From positions 1 through 63,782 of the forward strand of contig JAFGGB010000112.1 of NCBI GenBank assembly GCA_016930775.1: a stretch of DNA of 63,782 nt, read 5' to 3'. A program made the translations under genes and the position numbers. This DNA comes from Deltaproteobacteria bacterium. GTDB lineage: Bacteria > Desulfobacterota > Syntrophia > Syntrophales > UBA2210. Under the pieces are notes generated by a model, which saw only the letters and a list, made by a program, of their open reading frames with translations, had not been told where the DNA came from and searched no databases. Shown piece after piece: positions 1-8,446 of the stretch (the stretch's first letter is position 1; each line of letters begins with the position of its first letter).

Positions 1-526
1 GCTGCATCTCTTGGGGGATGCGGTCCGAGGGTGGGGCTTCATAATGGACCTTTTCATGGCCGATGGGCCCGGAAACGACCTGCATGGGTCTGTCGCCGCG
101 CCACTGGCCCACGGCGATCCGGTATAAACCTGAAAACCCAGTAGGAAACAGGGTGGCATGCCAACCGAAGAGACGCTCCTCCGTGAGCGGTGCGGCATGG
201 TTCGTCGAGGCATCCAGGAGGACCGAGACAAGACCGTCGACATAGCGGTCTACCGGAAGGCCCGCAGCCGGAAGACCCAGTCTGCGGGCAACCGATGACC
301 GCACCGCATCCACATTGAGACGCTCGCCTTCGATGGCAGCGGTCTTCAGAGTTTCTTCCGCGAGGATTTCCATCTGGGCATGATTCTCTAGAGGCAATCC
401 CAGGGAGGCGATCCTGCCCAGGAGTTTTCCCTGCATAAGTCTGCATTGTCCCACCTTCGGGAGGATGCTTTCGTTATCCCACTGGAAACGGGTCCACCCC
501 GGACGCTGCCACAGATACTGTGTCAT
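1..526 (-). CDS. Fic family protein (DUF4172-type N-terminus), 3' end runs off the window
   Basis: Not in the ORF track. Manual translation from ATG 526: MTQYLWQRPGWTRFQWD...EETLKTAAIEGERLNVDAVRSSVARRLGL...LFGWHATLFPTG...GQWRGDRPMQVVSGPIGHEKVHYEAPP; RBS AAAGGA upstream; frame open to the window edge. Confidence 0.85.
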   Translation of the reverse strand, partial: MTQYLWQRPGWTRFQWDNESILPKVGQCRLMQGKLLGRIASLGLPLENHAQMEILAEETLKTAAIEGERLNVDAVRSSVARRLGLPAAGLPVDRYVDGLVSVLLDASTNHAAPLTEERLFGWHATLFPTGFSGLYRIAVGQWRGDRPMQVVSGPIGHEKVHYEAPPSDRIPQEMQ

Positions 527-551
527 TTGTCGTCCTTTATTGCTTCAATAT

Positions 552-587
552 GTGAAGCGATTATACCACCTATTCGCTTCGCGTCAA
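552..587 (-). promoter_or_regulatory. sigma70 promoter of the Fic gene overlapped by an inverted repeat
   Basis: Minus strand TTGACG-N16-TATAAT with a TG extension; GTGAAGCGA (552-560) and TCGCTTCGC (574-582) flank the -10 and spacer. Confidence 0.7.
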
Positions 588-941
588 CAGGAATTGAGAG
601 CGCAAGGCGCTGTCATGTAAAGAGAGGATTCAGAGGTTATGGGGTGTATTTATGCAGTGCATTCAGCAATTTCGTTTGCAAATCCTGACATAATCTGTCG
701 GCTTTCGTAAATGAAAGGGATGAAGGGATGCCCTTGAGTTAGATCCAGGAGCCTTCAAATAATCTCCGCAAATTGTGCGGCGAATCTTTGGGTTTTCGTG
801 AGCTGGGCCTGTCACTAAAATGCAACCGTCCTAACCGAAAATTTTTCCAGAGAACCCGACCCGATCCAAGACGTTCTTTCTAACCATCTGAGATACAAGC
901 GATTAATTTATGATGAGGAATCACCTATTTAGGTTTTCAAA

Positions 942-1006
942 CTTCAAATCCAGTGTGGGGGGCTAGTAACCTCCCAGGTGGGTTCGATTCCCATGCACTT
1001 CCGCCA
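942..1006 (+). mobile_element. selC (fragment): 3' fragment of tRNA-Sec (selC); probable att site of an integrated element
   Basis: CTTCAAA anticodon loop (UCA), long variable arm, GGTTCGATTCC T-arm, ends GCACTTCCGCCA. The upstream sequence has no 5' acceptor strand (GGAAGTG...) and no D-arm. Confidence 0.85.
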
Positions 1007-1103
1007 ATTTATTCGCATATTTCGATTTTTATCAAGGAAATTTCTTTAACCTGTTTAACCTTCATGAAATTAGTGGATTGAATAGGATTGGAAGTACGAG
1101 AAG

Positions 1104-1140
1104 AGAAAAAAGGCGGAGTCTGCAATGAACCCCGCCCTTC
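1104..1140 (-). terminator. Rho-independent terminator of the PEP-CTERM gene
   Basis: Minus strand GGGCGGGGTT...GACTCCGCC stem followed by a T-tract, about 30 nt after the stop. Confidence 0.7.
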
Positions 1141-1169
1141 AATGGAAGAACAAAATAGTGGGTATATAG

Positions 1170-1775
1170 CTATATCATTCTCCGAAGCCCTGCCAAGCCT
1201 GCTAGACTAAAACCGAGAAGCAACAGGGCGGCGGGTTCTGGAACGGATTCAACCGAAAATCTGCCCCAGTTTGGTACAGGAGTCTGGTGCCAAGCCTCAC
1301 CTTCTATTCCACCGCCAATAGTTCCGTAGTTCTTGGGACTCTCGCCTATGTCATGGACCAATCTCTCCACCAAGAGATCAGTATGAAACCATAGATTGTA
1401 ATGCGGTCCGTTGATTCCTCCCTTCTCTGTAAGATCGTATCCAAACAATTGGATTAAATTGAGAGGAGTAATTAAGGGAACAAAAACCGAGGCATAATAA
1501 AAGTCGTTACTCCAATCTGGAGGCGTTAAATGTACTAGCGACCCACCTAACCCTTCATTTACTAAATTCCATCCTTCGGGAGAAAGCGCAAATAGAGCTG
1601 CCTGCATAGAGATGTCTAATTGATCGTTAATGTCCACAATATCAAATATCTGACTTATAGTAGGAAAAGTTGCCGGAGCATAACATTCAAGAGTTATTTT
1701 TACTGGAGATGCAAACGCAATCGTTGTCACAAAAAATACAGAAATGACGCATAAAACCGAAAAATATCTCTTCAT
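1170..1775 (-). CDS. PEP-CTERM sorting domain-containing secreted protein
   Basis: Signal peptide MKRYFSVLCVISVFFVTTIAFA; C-terminus VPEPAALLLLGFSLAGLAGLRRMI; GGAGG RBS before ATG 1775. Confidence 0.9.
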   Translation of the reverse strand: MKRYFSVLCVISVFFVTTIAFASPVKITLECYAPATFPTISQIFDIVDINDQLDISMQAALFALSPEGWNLVNEGLGGSLVHLTPPDWSNDFYYASVFVPLITPLNLIQLFGYDLTEKGGINGPHYNLWFHTDLLVERLVHDIGESPKNYGTIGGGIEGEAWHQTPVPNWGRFSVESVPEPAALLLLGFSLAGLAGLRRMI

Positions 1776-1842
1776 AGCGACCTCCAACTGTCAGGTTATT
1801 GAAAAAGATCTTTTTAAAATATCTATAGATTATGACATTTTA

Positions 1843-1858
1843 AGCATAATTAGTGCCA
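1843..1858 (-). promoter_or_regulatory. sigma54 (-24/-12) promoter of the PEP-CTERM gene
   Basis: Minus strand TGGCAC-TAATT-ATGCT against consensus TGGCAC-N5-TTGCW, about 70 nt upstream of the start. Confidence 0.7.
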
Positions 1859-2073
1859 TGATCGTAACTTTATGAGATCATTAAATCTGGCATTGAAACC
1901 CTTATCACTTTTCAAGCATAACTTTAAGAGATATCGACAGTTGCACATAATGTTTCAGTAAAAACAAGTAAAATACGTAAGACAGCATTGTAAATCATGA
2001 CAATATCAAGACCGTAAAAAATATTTACAACAACCTACAATGCATCAAGAAGCTTGCGTGTTTTCGAGAAAGC

Positions 2074-2460
2074 TTAATAGCTTATTTCCTCCTTTCCCTC
2101 CAACAACCTTCTCTTTGCATCGAGCTGAACCGATGCATAGCGTTGAACGCTTTCTCGCCTCCGATGATCCGTCAACATCTGCACCTCGTCGAGAGAATAA
2201 TGCTTCTCGTTGATATATTGGGAACAGCTTGAATGCTTCAGGCCGGAGTACATGTCGATCTCCTCTCCGACCTCTCTACATGCTCTATGCCATAAATCAG
2301 CCATGCAGTGATGCGTGCAGTGTTTCCCCTCGATCTTCCCTCTCCTGTTCGCGAAAAAATATGGACTGTCGATATAGACCGGCATCGACTTCGTGATCTT
2401 TCAAAACTCCGAGTGACAGGGAATCAGATGCTGTTTCTTTGTCTTCGTATGCTCAACAAG
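2074..2460 (-). pseudogene. Tyrosine recombinase/integrase C-terminal relic
   Basis: HTKTKKQHLIPCHSEF (catalytic Lys strand), in-frame TGA at 2401-2403, then YSGLKHSSCSQ (HxxRH-like), MLTDH (LGH-like) and RYA (Tyr). N-terminal half missing. Confidence 0.7.
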
Positions 2461-2654
2461 TTCTTTTAGGGAAAACAGGAGAATCCTAACTCTGAATGTG
2501 GTATAATATTCAGCGGCAGGTCAGCTATAGTCTGCCCTCCAGCGCTTTATCGGAGGAATTGCTCATATTGTTTCCTACCAGATCTGCAGAGCCTATCCGA
2601 GTACGCCACCGTAAATGGGAGGTTTATATCAAAAACTTGTTGAGGGAGGTATTT

Positions 2655-3617
2655 ATGAAACGAATGGGAGCTGTTATTGCAGTATTGTTAACCGTCGGCA
2701 TAATTTTTAATGCAGGATTGGCCAAGGCGGACAACTATCCTACGAAATCTATTAAAGTCGTGGTGCCCTATTCGGCTGGCGGCGGCACCGACACCATTGC
2801 GCGAGCAATAGGCAAATTCGTAGAATTAAATAAACCCTTTGTTGTTACAAACATAACGGGAGGAGGGGCCAAAATCGGGACTATGGAAGTCGCCGGTTCA
2901 AAACCCGACGGCTATACGCTGCTGATGCATTCCGTGACAGCCGTCGCCTCTGGCTATCATGCGGGACTGTATGATACCAAGATCTGGAAAGATCTCAAGC
3001 CCGTAGCAAGCATGACCTCTATGGTGGGCTGCATTGCCGTAAAGGCGGATTCGCCCTATAAAACCATCGGCGATTTAATTGCCTTTGCAAAAGCCAACCC
3101 TGGAAAGGTGTCGGCAGGCGTATCCGGCATCGGCGGAGGCGCCCATATCATTGTAGCTGTTTTCGCCGATGTTGCGGGGGTTAAATTGAATTATGTGCCC
3201 TTTGCCGGAGCTTCCAACACAAGGGCGGCCCTTATGGGCGGACATGTGGATATGGCGGCGGCTTTTATATCCGAGGTCTATGATTTTGTTAAATCGGGCA
3301 ATCTCAGAGTGCTGGCCACAACCGGTTCCGCAAGATCATCCGACCTGCCTGATGTTCCGACATTTCAAGAATCAGGGATAGACTTCGTATTGCATCACAG
3401 AAACGGAATTTTCGCACCCAAAGGAACCTCGGACGACGTTATTAAAGTTTTGGATGACGCCTTACAGCTTGTGGCTGACAACAAGGAATTCCAAAATGTC
3501 TTGAAAGGCATGCTGATAGATTCAGCTTATCTTTCTTCCGATGATTTTACGGTTGAACTGGAAAAACTCGATAAAATGATAGAACCGATTGCTCCTCTCA
3601 TTAGGGCCAAAAAATAA
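2655..3617 (+). CDS. tctC: Tripartite tricarboxylate transporter substrate-binding protein (TctC/Bug)
   Basis: YPTKSIKVVVPYSAGGGTD, PDGYTLL, LPDVPTFQESG motifs; signal peptide; GGAGG RBS before ATG 2655. Confidence 0.93.
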   Translation: MKRMGAVIAVLLTVGIIFNAGLAKADNYPTKSIKVVVPYSAGGGTDTIARAIGKFVELNKPFVVTNITGGGAKIGTMEVAGSKPDGYTLLMHSVTAVASGYHAGLYDTKIWKDLKPVASMTSMVGCIAVKADSPYKTIGDLIAFAKANPGKVSAGVSGIGGGAHIIVAVFADVAGVKLNYVPFAGASNTRAALMGGHVDMAAAFISEVYDFVKSGNLRVLATTGSARSSDLPDVPTFQESGIDFVLHHRNGIFAPKGTSDDVIKVLDDALQLVADNKEFQNVLKGMLIDSAYLSSDDFTVELEKLDKMIEPIAPLIRAKK

Positions 3618-3774
3618 CCATTACTTTAAAGGGCTTCTTCATCTATTCTACATGCACCGAGGGAGTCAGTTAACGGAAAAGGGGAATACAGGCGACGGAG
3701 CGCTTGTCTTCAGCGAAAAGAACGAAGAATTGCCCCTATGCTGCAATCTATAAAAATGCCAGCGTTCATAAGAA

Positions 3775-3816
3775 ACTCAAGGATTCCCTGCAGTCTGCTG
3801 CAGGGAATCCTTGAGT
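3775..3816. repeat. Perfect 19-bp inverted repeat with 4-nt loop
   Basis: ACTCAAGGATTCCCTGCAG-tctg-CTGCAGGGAATCCTTGAGT between tctC and tctB. Confidence 0.95.
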
Positions 3817-3919
3817 GTTGGGAATATGCTTGATATTGCGGTTGCTGTATCGAAAAACAGGGCGAGAATAAAATATCGCTTCGTCAATATTTTACTATAC
3901 ACAGTGCAGTGAGGCAGCA

Positions 3920-4399
3920 ATGTTAAAGTCCAATAAAGCTGTTGCGATTTGTTTTTTTGTCCTCAGCATTTTCACCTATTATGGGAGCACGTTAATACCC
4001 GAGGCGATTTACAGCGAGGGCGCTGCGGGGCCGAGGCTGTTTCCTCAGTTATGGTCGATTTTCATCGCCTTCTTGAGCATCATGCTCTATGGGCAAAGTT
4101 ATCTCAAGGAAAAGAAAAACAAAGACGACGCATCGAAAAAAGAAAAATCGACGCGGCGGGAAGAAAAAAATGTTTTTTTTATGCTGATCGCCGCCATTGG
4201 CTATATCGTCCTCATGAAACCTCTTGGATTTGTCATTTCTACCTTTCTTTTCTCTCTTGCGACCATTGGGCTTCTCGGCGGCGAGAACATCAAGAATAAA
4301 TATTCTGTGGTGCTCATATCAGCCATCGCCACAATCGTGACATATGTCTTGTTCGCTCAAGTATTGGATGTCTTTTTACCTACCGGCATATTCATGTAA
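3920..4399 (+). CDS. tctB: Tripartite tricarboxylate transporter small subunit TctB
   Basis: GPRLFP motif, LGFVIST, C-terminal LPTGIF, several TM helices; lies between tctC and tctA. Confidence 0.9.
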   Translation: MLKSNKAVAICFFVLSIFTYYGSTLIPEAIYSEGAAGPRLFPQLWSIFIAFLSIMLYGQSYLKEKKNKDDASKKEKSTRREEKNVFFMLIAAIGYIVLMKPLGFVISTFLFSLATIGLLGGENIKNKYSVVLISAIATIVTYVLFAQVLDVFLPTGIFM

Positions 4400-4424
4400 A
4401 GGGCCACGATAAGGAGGAACATCC

Positions 4425-5924
4425 GTGGAATATCTATCATACGGCTTGCATAACATTGTTCATGTCAATTCATTGTTGCTTATCGCGGCGAGTGTTCTTT
4501 TCGGCGTTATTTTCGGGGCCATACCCGGCCTAACGGCTACGCTTGGCATAGCGCTCCTGCTTCCTTTTACATATGAAATGGGGCCTTACAACGGCCTTGC
4601 CTGTTTGCTGGGCATCTACGTGGGCGCTACGTCGGGAGGATTAATTTCTGCCACTTTAATCGGCATTCCCGGAACAGGAGCCTCGATCGTCACGACATTT
4701 GACGGATACCCCATGGCGCAGCAGGGAAAGGCCAATCAAGCTCTTTCGCTGGGGTGCTTTTCCTCCTTTGTGGGAGGTGTGATCAGCATGATTATGTTGA
4801 TGCTAATTTCCCCCCTGTTGGCGCGATTGGCACTTAAGTTCGGACCGTGGGAGTATTTTTCATTGGGCATTTTTGGTTTGACTATCGTCGTTTCCATATC
4901 GAGCAAGAACTTGATCAAGGGCCTTTTAGCCGGCAGTCTCGGCGTCGCCATAACCTTGCCCGGGCAGGATCCCCTGGTAGCCATACCGCGGTACGCCTTT
5001 GGTTTTACTCAGATGGAAGGCGGCTTCGCTCTTCTTCCCACTCTTCTTGGCTTCTTTGCAATTACCCAGTTGTTTGGCGACGTCGAATCCGTGGCGGAAC
5101 AATTCAGCGTGATTCGGTTCGATCCAAAGTACAGAATCTTTCCTCCTCTTGCGATTGTACGAACGTCTATAGGAAATTTCATACGGTCGTCCTTGCTTGG
5201 AACGTGGATCGGCATACTGCCGGGCGCCGGCGGCAGCATCGCCTCTTTTTTAGCCTATGATCAGGCAAAGAAGGCTTCAAAAACGCCGGAAGCATTTGGA
5301 ACGGGACATTATGAAGGAGTCATTGCATCGGAAACGGCCAACAACGCCGTAACGGGAGGAGCGCTCATTCCTTTGATGACTCTGGGAATACCCGGAGACA
5401 TGGTTACGGCGGTGATTCTAGGAGGGCTTCTTATTCACGGTTTGCGGCCGGGTCCCATGCTCTTTCAAGATAACGCTGATGTCGTAGGTTCCATATTCGT
5501 TGCATTATTCATCGCCAATGTGATGATGTTTATACTGCAAAGCGGCCTTATGAGATTTTTTGCGAAAATTATTTTGGTTCCCAAACATATACTGCTGCCG
5601 ATAGTCGGCATCATGTGCGTCGTGGGAACCTATTCGGTTAACAATAGAATTTTTGATCTCTGGGTGCTCATAATCTTTGGATTCGTCGGCTACATTTTGA
5701 TAAAAAACAAATTCAACCTGGGTCCCATAGTGTTGGGGTACATATTGGGACCGCTGATTGAAACGAATTGGCGACTGGGCCTGATGGCGGCACGAGGCGA
5801 TTACTTGCCCTTTCTTACCCGCCCTTTGTCGGCGTTGCTGCTTGTGATGGCCCTGGGTTCGATTTTATTTCCCGTCATAATGTCGAAATTCGGAAACAAG
5901 AAGAATCATGCGCAGCGAGCTTGA
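4425..5924 (+). CDS. tctA: Tripartite tricarboxylate transporter permease TctA
   Basis: GAIPGL, IPGTGASIVTTFDGYPMA, ETANNA, LTLGIPG-like motifs; 499 aa, hydrophobic. Confidence 0.95.
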   Translation: MEYLSYGLHNIVHVNSLLLIAASVLFGVIFGAIPGLTATLGIALLLPFTYEMGPYNGLACLLGIYVGATSGGLISATLIGIPGTGASIVTTFDGYPMAQQGKANQALSLGCFSSFVGGVISMIMLMLISPLLARLALKFGPWEYFSLGIFGLTIVVSISSKNLIKGLLAGSLGVAITLPGQDPLVAIPRYAFGFTQMEGGFALLPTLLGFFAITQLFGDVESVAEQFSVIRFDPKYRIFPPLAIVRTSIGNFIRSSLLGTWIGILPGAGGSIASFLAYDQAKKASKTPEAFGTGHYEGVIASETANNAVTGGALIPLMTLGIPGDMVTAVILGGLLIHGLRPGPMLFQDNADVVGSIFVALFIANVMMFILQSGLMRFFAKIILVPKHILLPIVGIMCVVGTYSVNNRIFDLWVLIIFGFVGYILIKNKFNLGPIVLGYILGPLIETNWRLGLMAARGDYLPFLTRPLSALLLVMALGSILFPVIMSKFGNKKNHAQRA

Positions 5925-6235
5925 CAGCATCGTAGGTCGACTTTTATGAGAACACTGCACAGTCTTTATCAATGTGCAGTCGCTTGCGGTCATTGATGCG
6001 GGCTGCAGTTCTGGGTCTTGAATCGTAGATTTGGGTTCGCCGCTCGTATAAGAATGGTTCGTTTCCATCTCAGTTTGGGAAGAAAATGGAAGGCGCTTCT
6101 GGCCGTCATTCGTAATGATCTGCGTTTTTTAAATCTATAACGTTTTGAATAGCCTTCTTGCCGAAAATGCAAAGAACTGCCGTCACTCCTTTTAAGACTG
6201 TGCCGACGACTACGCCATCTCAATGAACAGTGCCC

Positions 6236-7918
6236 CTATTTGGCTGGGGGCGACCATGGAATCGGCGGTCTTGCAGAACCATCCGTTTTGACGTCGACGA
6301 CCACTGGAATATCGGCCTTCAAAGCCTCTCTCAACGTTTCAGCAAGCATATCCGGCGATTCTATGCGATACCCCATACATCCCATATCTGTCGCAACTTT
6401 CGCAAAATCAATCGTATTGAATTTATAGAGTTCGCCCCTTTTGCCGGATCTTGCCCCATAAGCGGCATCAACGCCGATGACGCTTTGCGCTAAACGGCTA
6501 TTATTGTTAATCACAGTAATCGTTTTGATTCCATATCGTTTGGCGGTCTCGAGTTCGGAAAGATGATACCAAAATGCTCCATCCCCAGTAAAACATATAA
6601 CCGGCCTATCGGGAGCGGCGCATTTAACGCCCAAAGATGCCGGGAATGCCCAGCCCAATGAACCAGCTGCCCGAACAAAGCGTTGATTTGGATGGGAAAA
6701 GAAGACGAAATTGCTTGCCCATACGGCAGAGTAACCCGTATCGGCAACAAGCACCGCGTTTGTCGGAAGCATATTCGAAATATCACTGCAAAGGCGTTCG
6801 GGTCTTATAGGAACAGCCTGAGAACGGCAAAGGCATTCTATGGACTTTGTCCAGTCTTTCACTTCGGACAAAGCATGCTTTGCCCAATCATTTTTTTTGT
6901 CAATGTCTTTAATCAACTTCAGGAGACCCTGAAGAGATGTTTTCGCATCCCCTAACAAACAGAGTTTGTTTCGAAAATTTCTTCCCAATTCCGACGGGTT
7001 GATGTCTATTTGAATGATGTTCGTTTGTGATCTAGGCAGAGTCCAGTCGTTGGTGACCTGATCCCCGGCACTGCACCCAATGAAAATGACGAGGTCCGCT
7101 TTCGAAACTAATTCATTTGAAACTCCGCAAGAATAAGAACCGACAACTCCTATGCTCAGAGAATGGTTGTCGGGGATAACGCCCTTCCCATCATTGGAGG
7201 TTGCAACAGGAATTGAAAGCGCTTCCGCTAGCTGAAGAATTTCGGATTCGGCCGAAGAAGCTATTGCGCCTCCTCCTGCTATAATGACAGGACGTTTGGC
7301 CTCTTCTAAATGCATAACAGCCTTGTTAAAATATTCGTTTTCCGGCGAAAATCGATAAGCAGGATAACGTGCGAATTGTTCTTCGATAACTGGAGCGCAA
7401 TTGATTTCAGCAGTTTCAATGACTTCGCCGGCAAATCCCAAAAGATCGAGATGAACCGGTCTTGGAGCTCCTGTTGTCGCTTCACGAAATGCTTGGGACA
7501 AGATGAATGGCAGTTGCTCAATCGCATCTACATTTACGTTATATTTGGTAACTGCGTCATACATAGGTCCGTGAATTATTTCCTGGTAAGCATTACGATA
7601 TTGGGCAATCGGTTTCTTTCTTCCGGTTATTGCAATCACCGGGGAATGCGCAAGAAATGGGTCCTGCAATCCAGCGCACAGGTTTGCCGCGCCAACCGAT
7701 TGGGCCATGCAAATACCCGGTTTTCTGCTCACCCTTGCATATCCGTCGGCCATATAAGCTGCAGCTTTTTCTGAATGCGTCAAGATTCGCTTAATATTCA
7801 ACTCTTCAAGTTCAACCAGCGTCTTTCTCAAAATCGCCATAACTAGAAAAACGTGCGTAACTCCATAACCATTGAGCGTTTCAGCAATAAATCTGGCTCC
7901 AGACATCATAGTTTCCAT
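6236..7918 (-). CDS. Thiamine diphosphate-dependent enzyme (acetolactate synthase-like family)
   Basis: THSEKAAAYMADGYARVS with catalytic Glu; ThDP motif GDGAFWY...NN; three-domain length of 560 aa. Confidence 0.9.
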   Translation of the reverse strand: METMMSGARFIAETLNGYGVTHVFLVMAILRKTLVELEELNIKRILTHSEKAAAYMADGYARVSRKPGICMAQSVGAANLCAGLQDPFLAHSPVIAITGRKKPIAQYRNAYQEIIHGPMYDAVTKYNVNVDAIEQLPFILSQAFREATTGAPRPVHLDLLGFAGEVIETAEINCAPVIEEQFARYPAYRFSPENEYFNKAVMHLEEAKRPVIIAGGGAIASSAESEILQLAEALSIPVATSNDGKGVIPDNHSLSIGVVGSYSCGVSNELVSKADLVIFIGCSAGDQVTNDWTLPRSQTNIIQIDINPSELGRNFRNKLCLLGDAKTSLQGLLKLIKDIDKKNDWAKHALSEVKDWTKSIECLCRSQAVPIRPERLCSDISNMLPTNAVLVADTGYSAVWASNFVFFSHPNQRFVRAAGSLGWAFPASLGVKCAAPDRPVICFTGDGAFWYHLSELETAKRYGIKTITVINNNSRLAQSVIGVDAAYGARSGKRGELYKFNTIDFAKVATDMGCMGYRIESPDMLAETLREALKADIPVVVDVKTDGSARPPIPWSPPAK

Positions 7919-8446
7919 TTACAGGCGCCTTTCATAGTTGTTCATATCCATTAATCTCGTTTAACTCGTACAGCTTTCACGACGTCGGCACCAATTCAGG
8001 CTCGGCAGACAGCCTCCAATCACCAAGCGCGCTTTGCGTCGTCCGTTTATGAAAAGCATACAATCTCTTCCCCTGGATAGGCGAGATTTCATGAAGGATC
8101 CTTTCGTTCCGTTCATAGGAAAAAGGCTATAGAACATATAGTAAAAATTCCTAATTTCCTCTCCACAAGGCATAAAAGGGATCGAAAAAAATAATCCAAG
8201 GCGCGCAAATAGCGGGGCCAATCGAGGCCGGTCTTGAGCCTTTCACCCTTTCTTGCATTCTCAAATCCCGAGCAGCATTTCCATTAAAAATGAAGCAAAG
8301 GCAAAGGTAAATCGACGCCTTCTTAAAAATCAGCATCGTTTTCGAGCCGCCGCCTTGGTCCGTTCTCTAAGCTTGCCAATCAATAAAGTCTGCCTTCTGA
8401 GCATCGGGAACTCAGCGTAATAGAGGCATAAGTGCGCCGCGTCTTG

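Noticed and set aside
54-446. ORF-track 130-aa minus-strand ORF and the overlapping small plus-strand ORFs
   Set aside because: Alternative frames of the Fic gene, which is the frame with a recognisable protein and an RBS.
905-1006. Intact tRNA-Sec gene
   Set aside because: Nothing upstream of 942 pairs with the 3' acceptor strand (GCACTTCC) or the anticodon stem; only the 3' part is present.
2401-2403. In-frame TGA in the integrase relic read as selenocysteine
   Set aside because: The position is not a catalytic Cys site, I see no convincing SECIS hairpin, and the gene also lacks its N-terminus; a nonsense mutation is simpler.
2496-2654. N-terminal extension of TctC, or a riboswitch in its leader
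   Set aside because: The RBS and signal peptide point to ATG 2655; the leader has only short hairpins matching no riboswitch I know.
3752-3766. AATGCCAGCG resembling part of a TPP riboswitch
   Set aside because: The CTGAGA and ACCTGA elements are missing.
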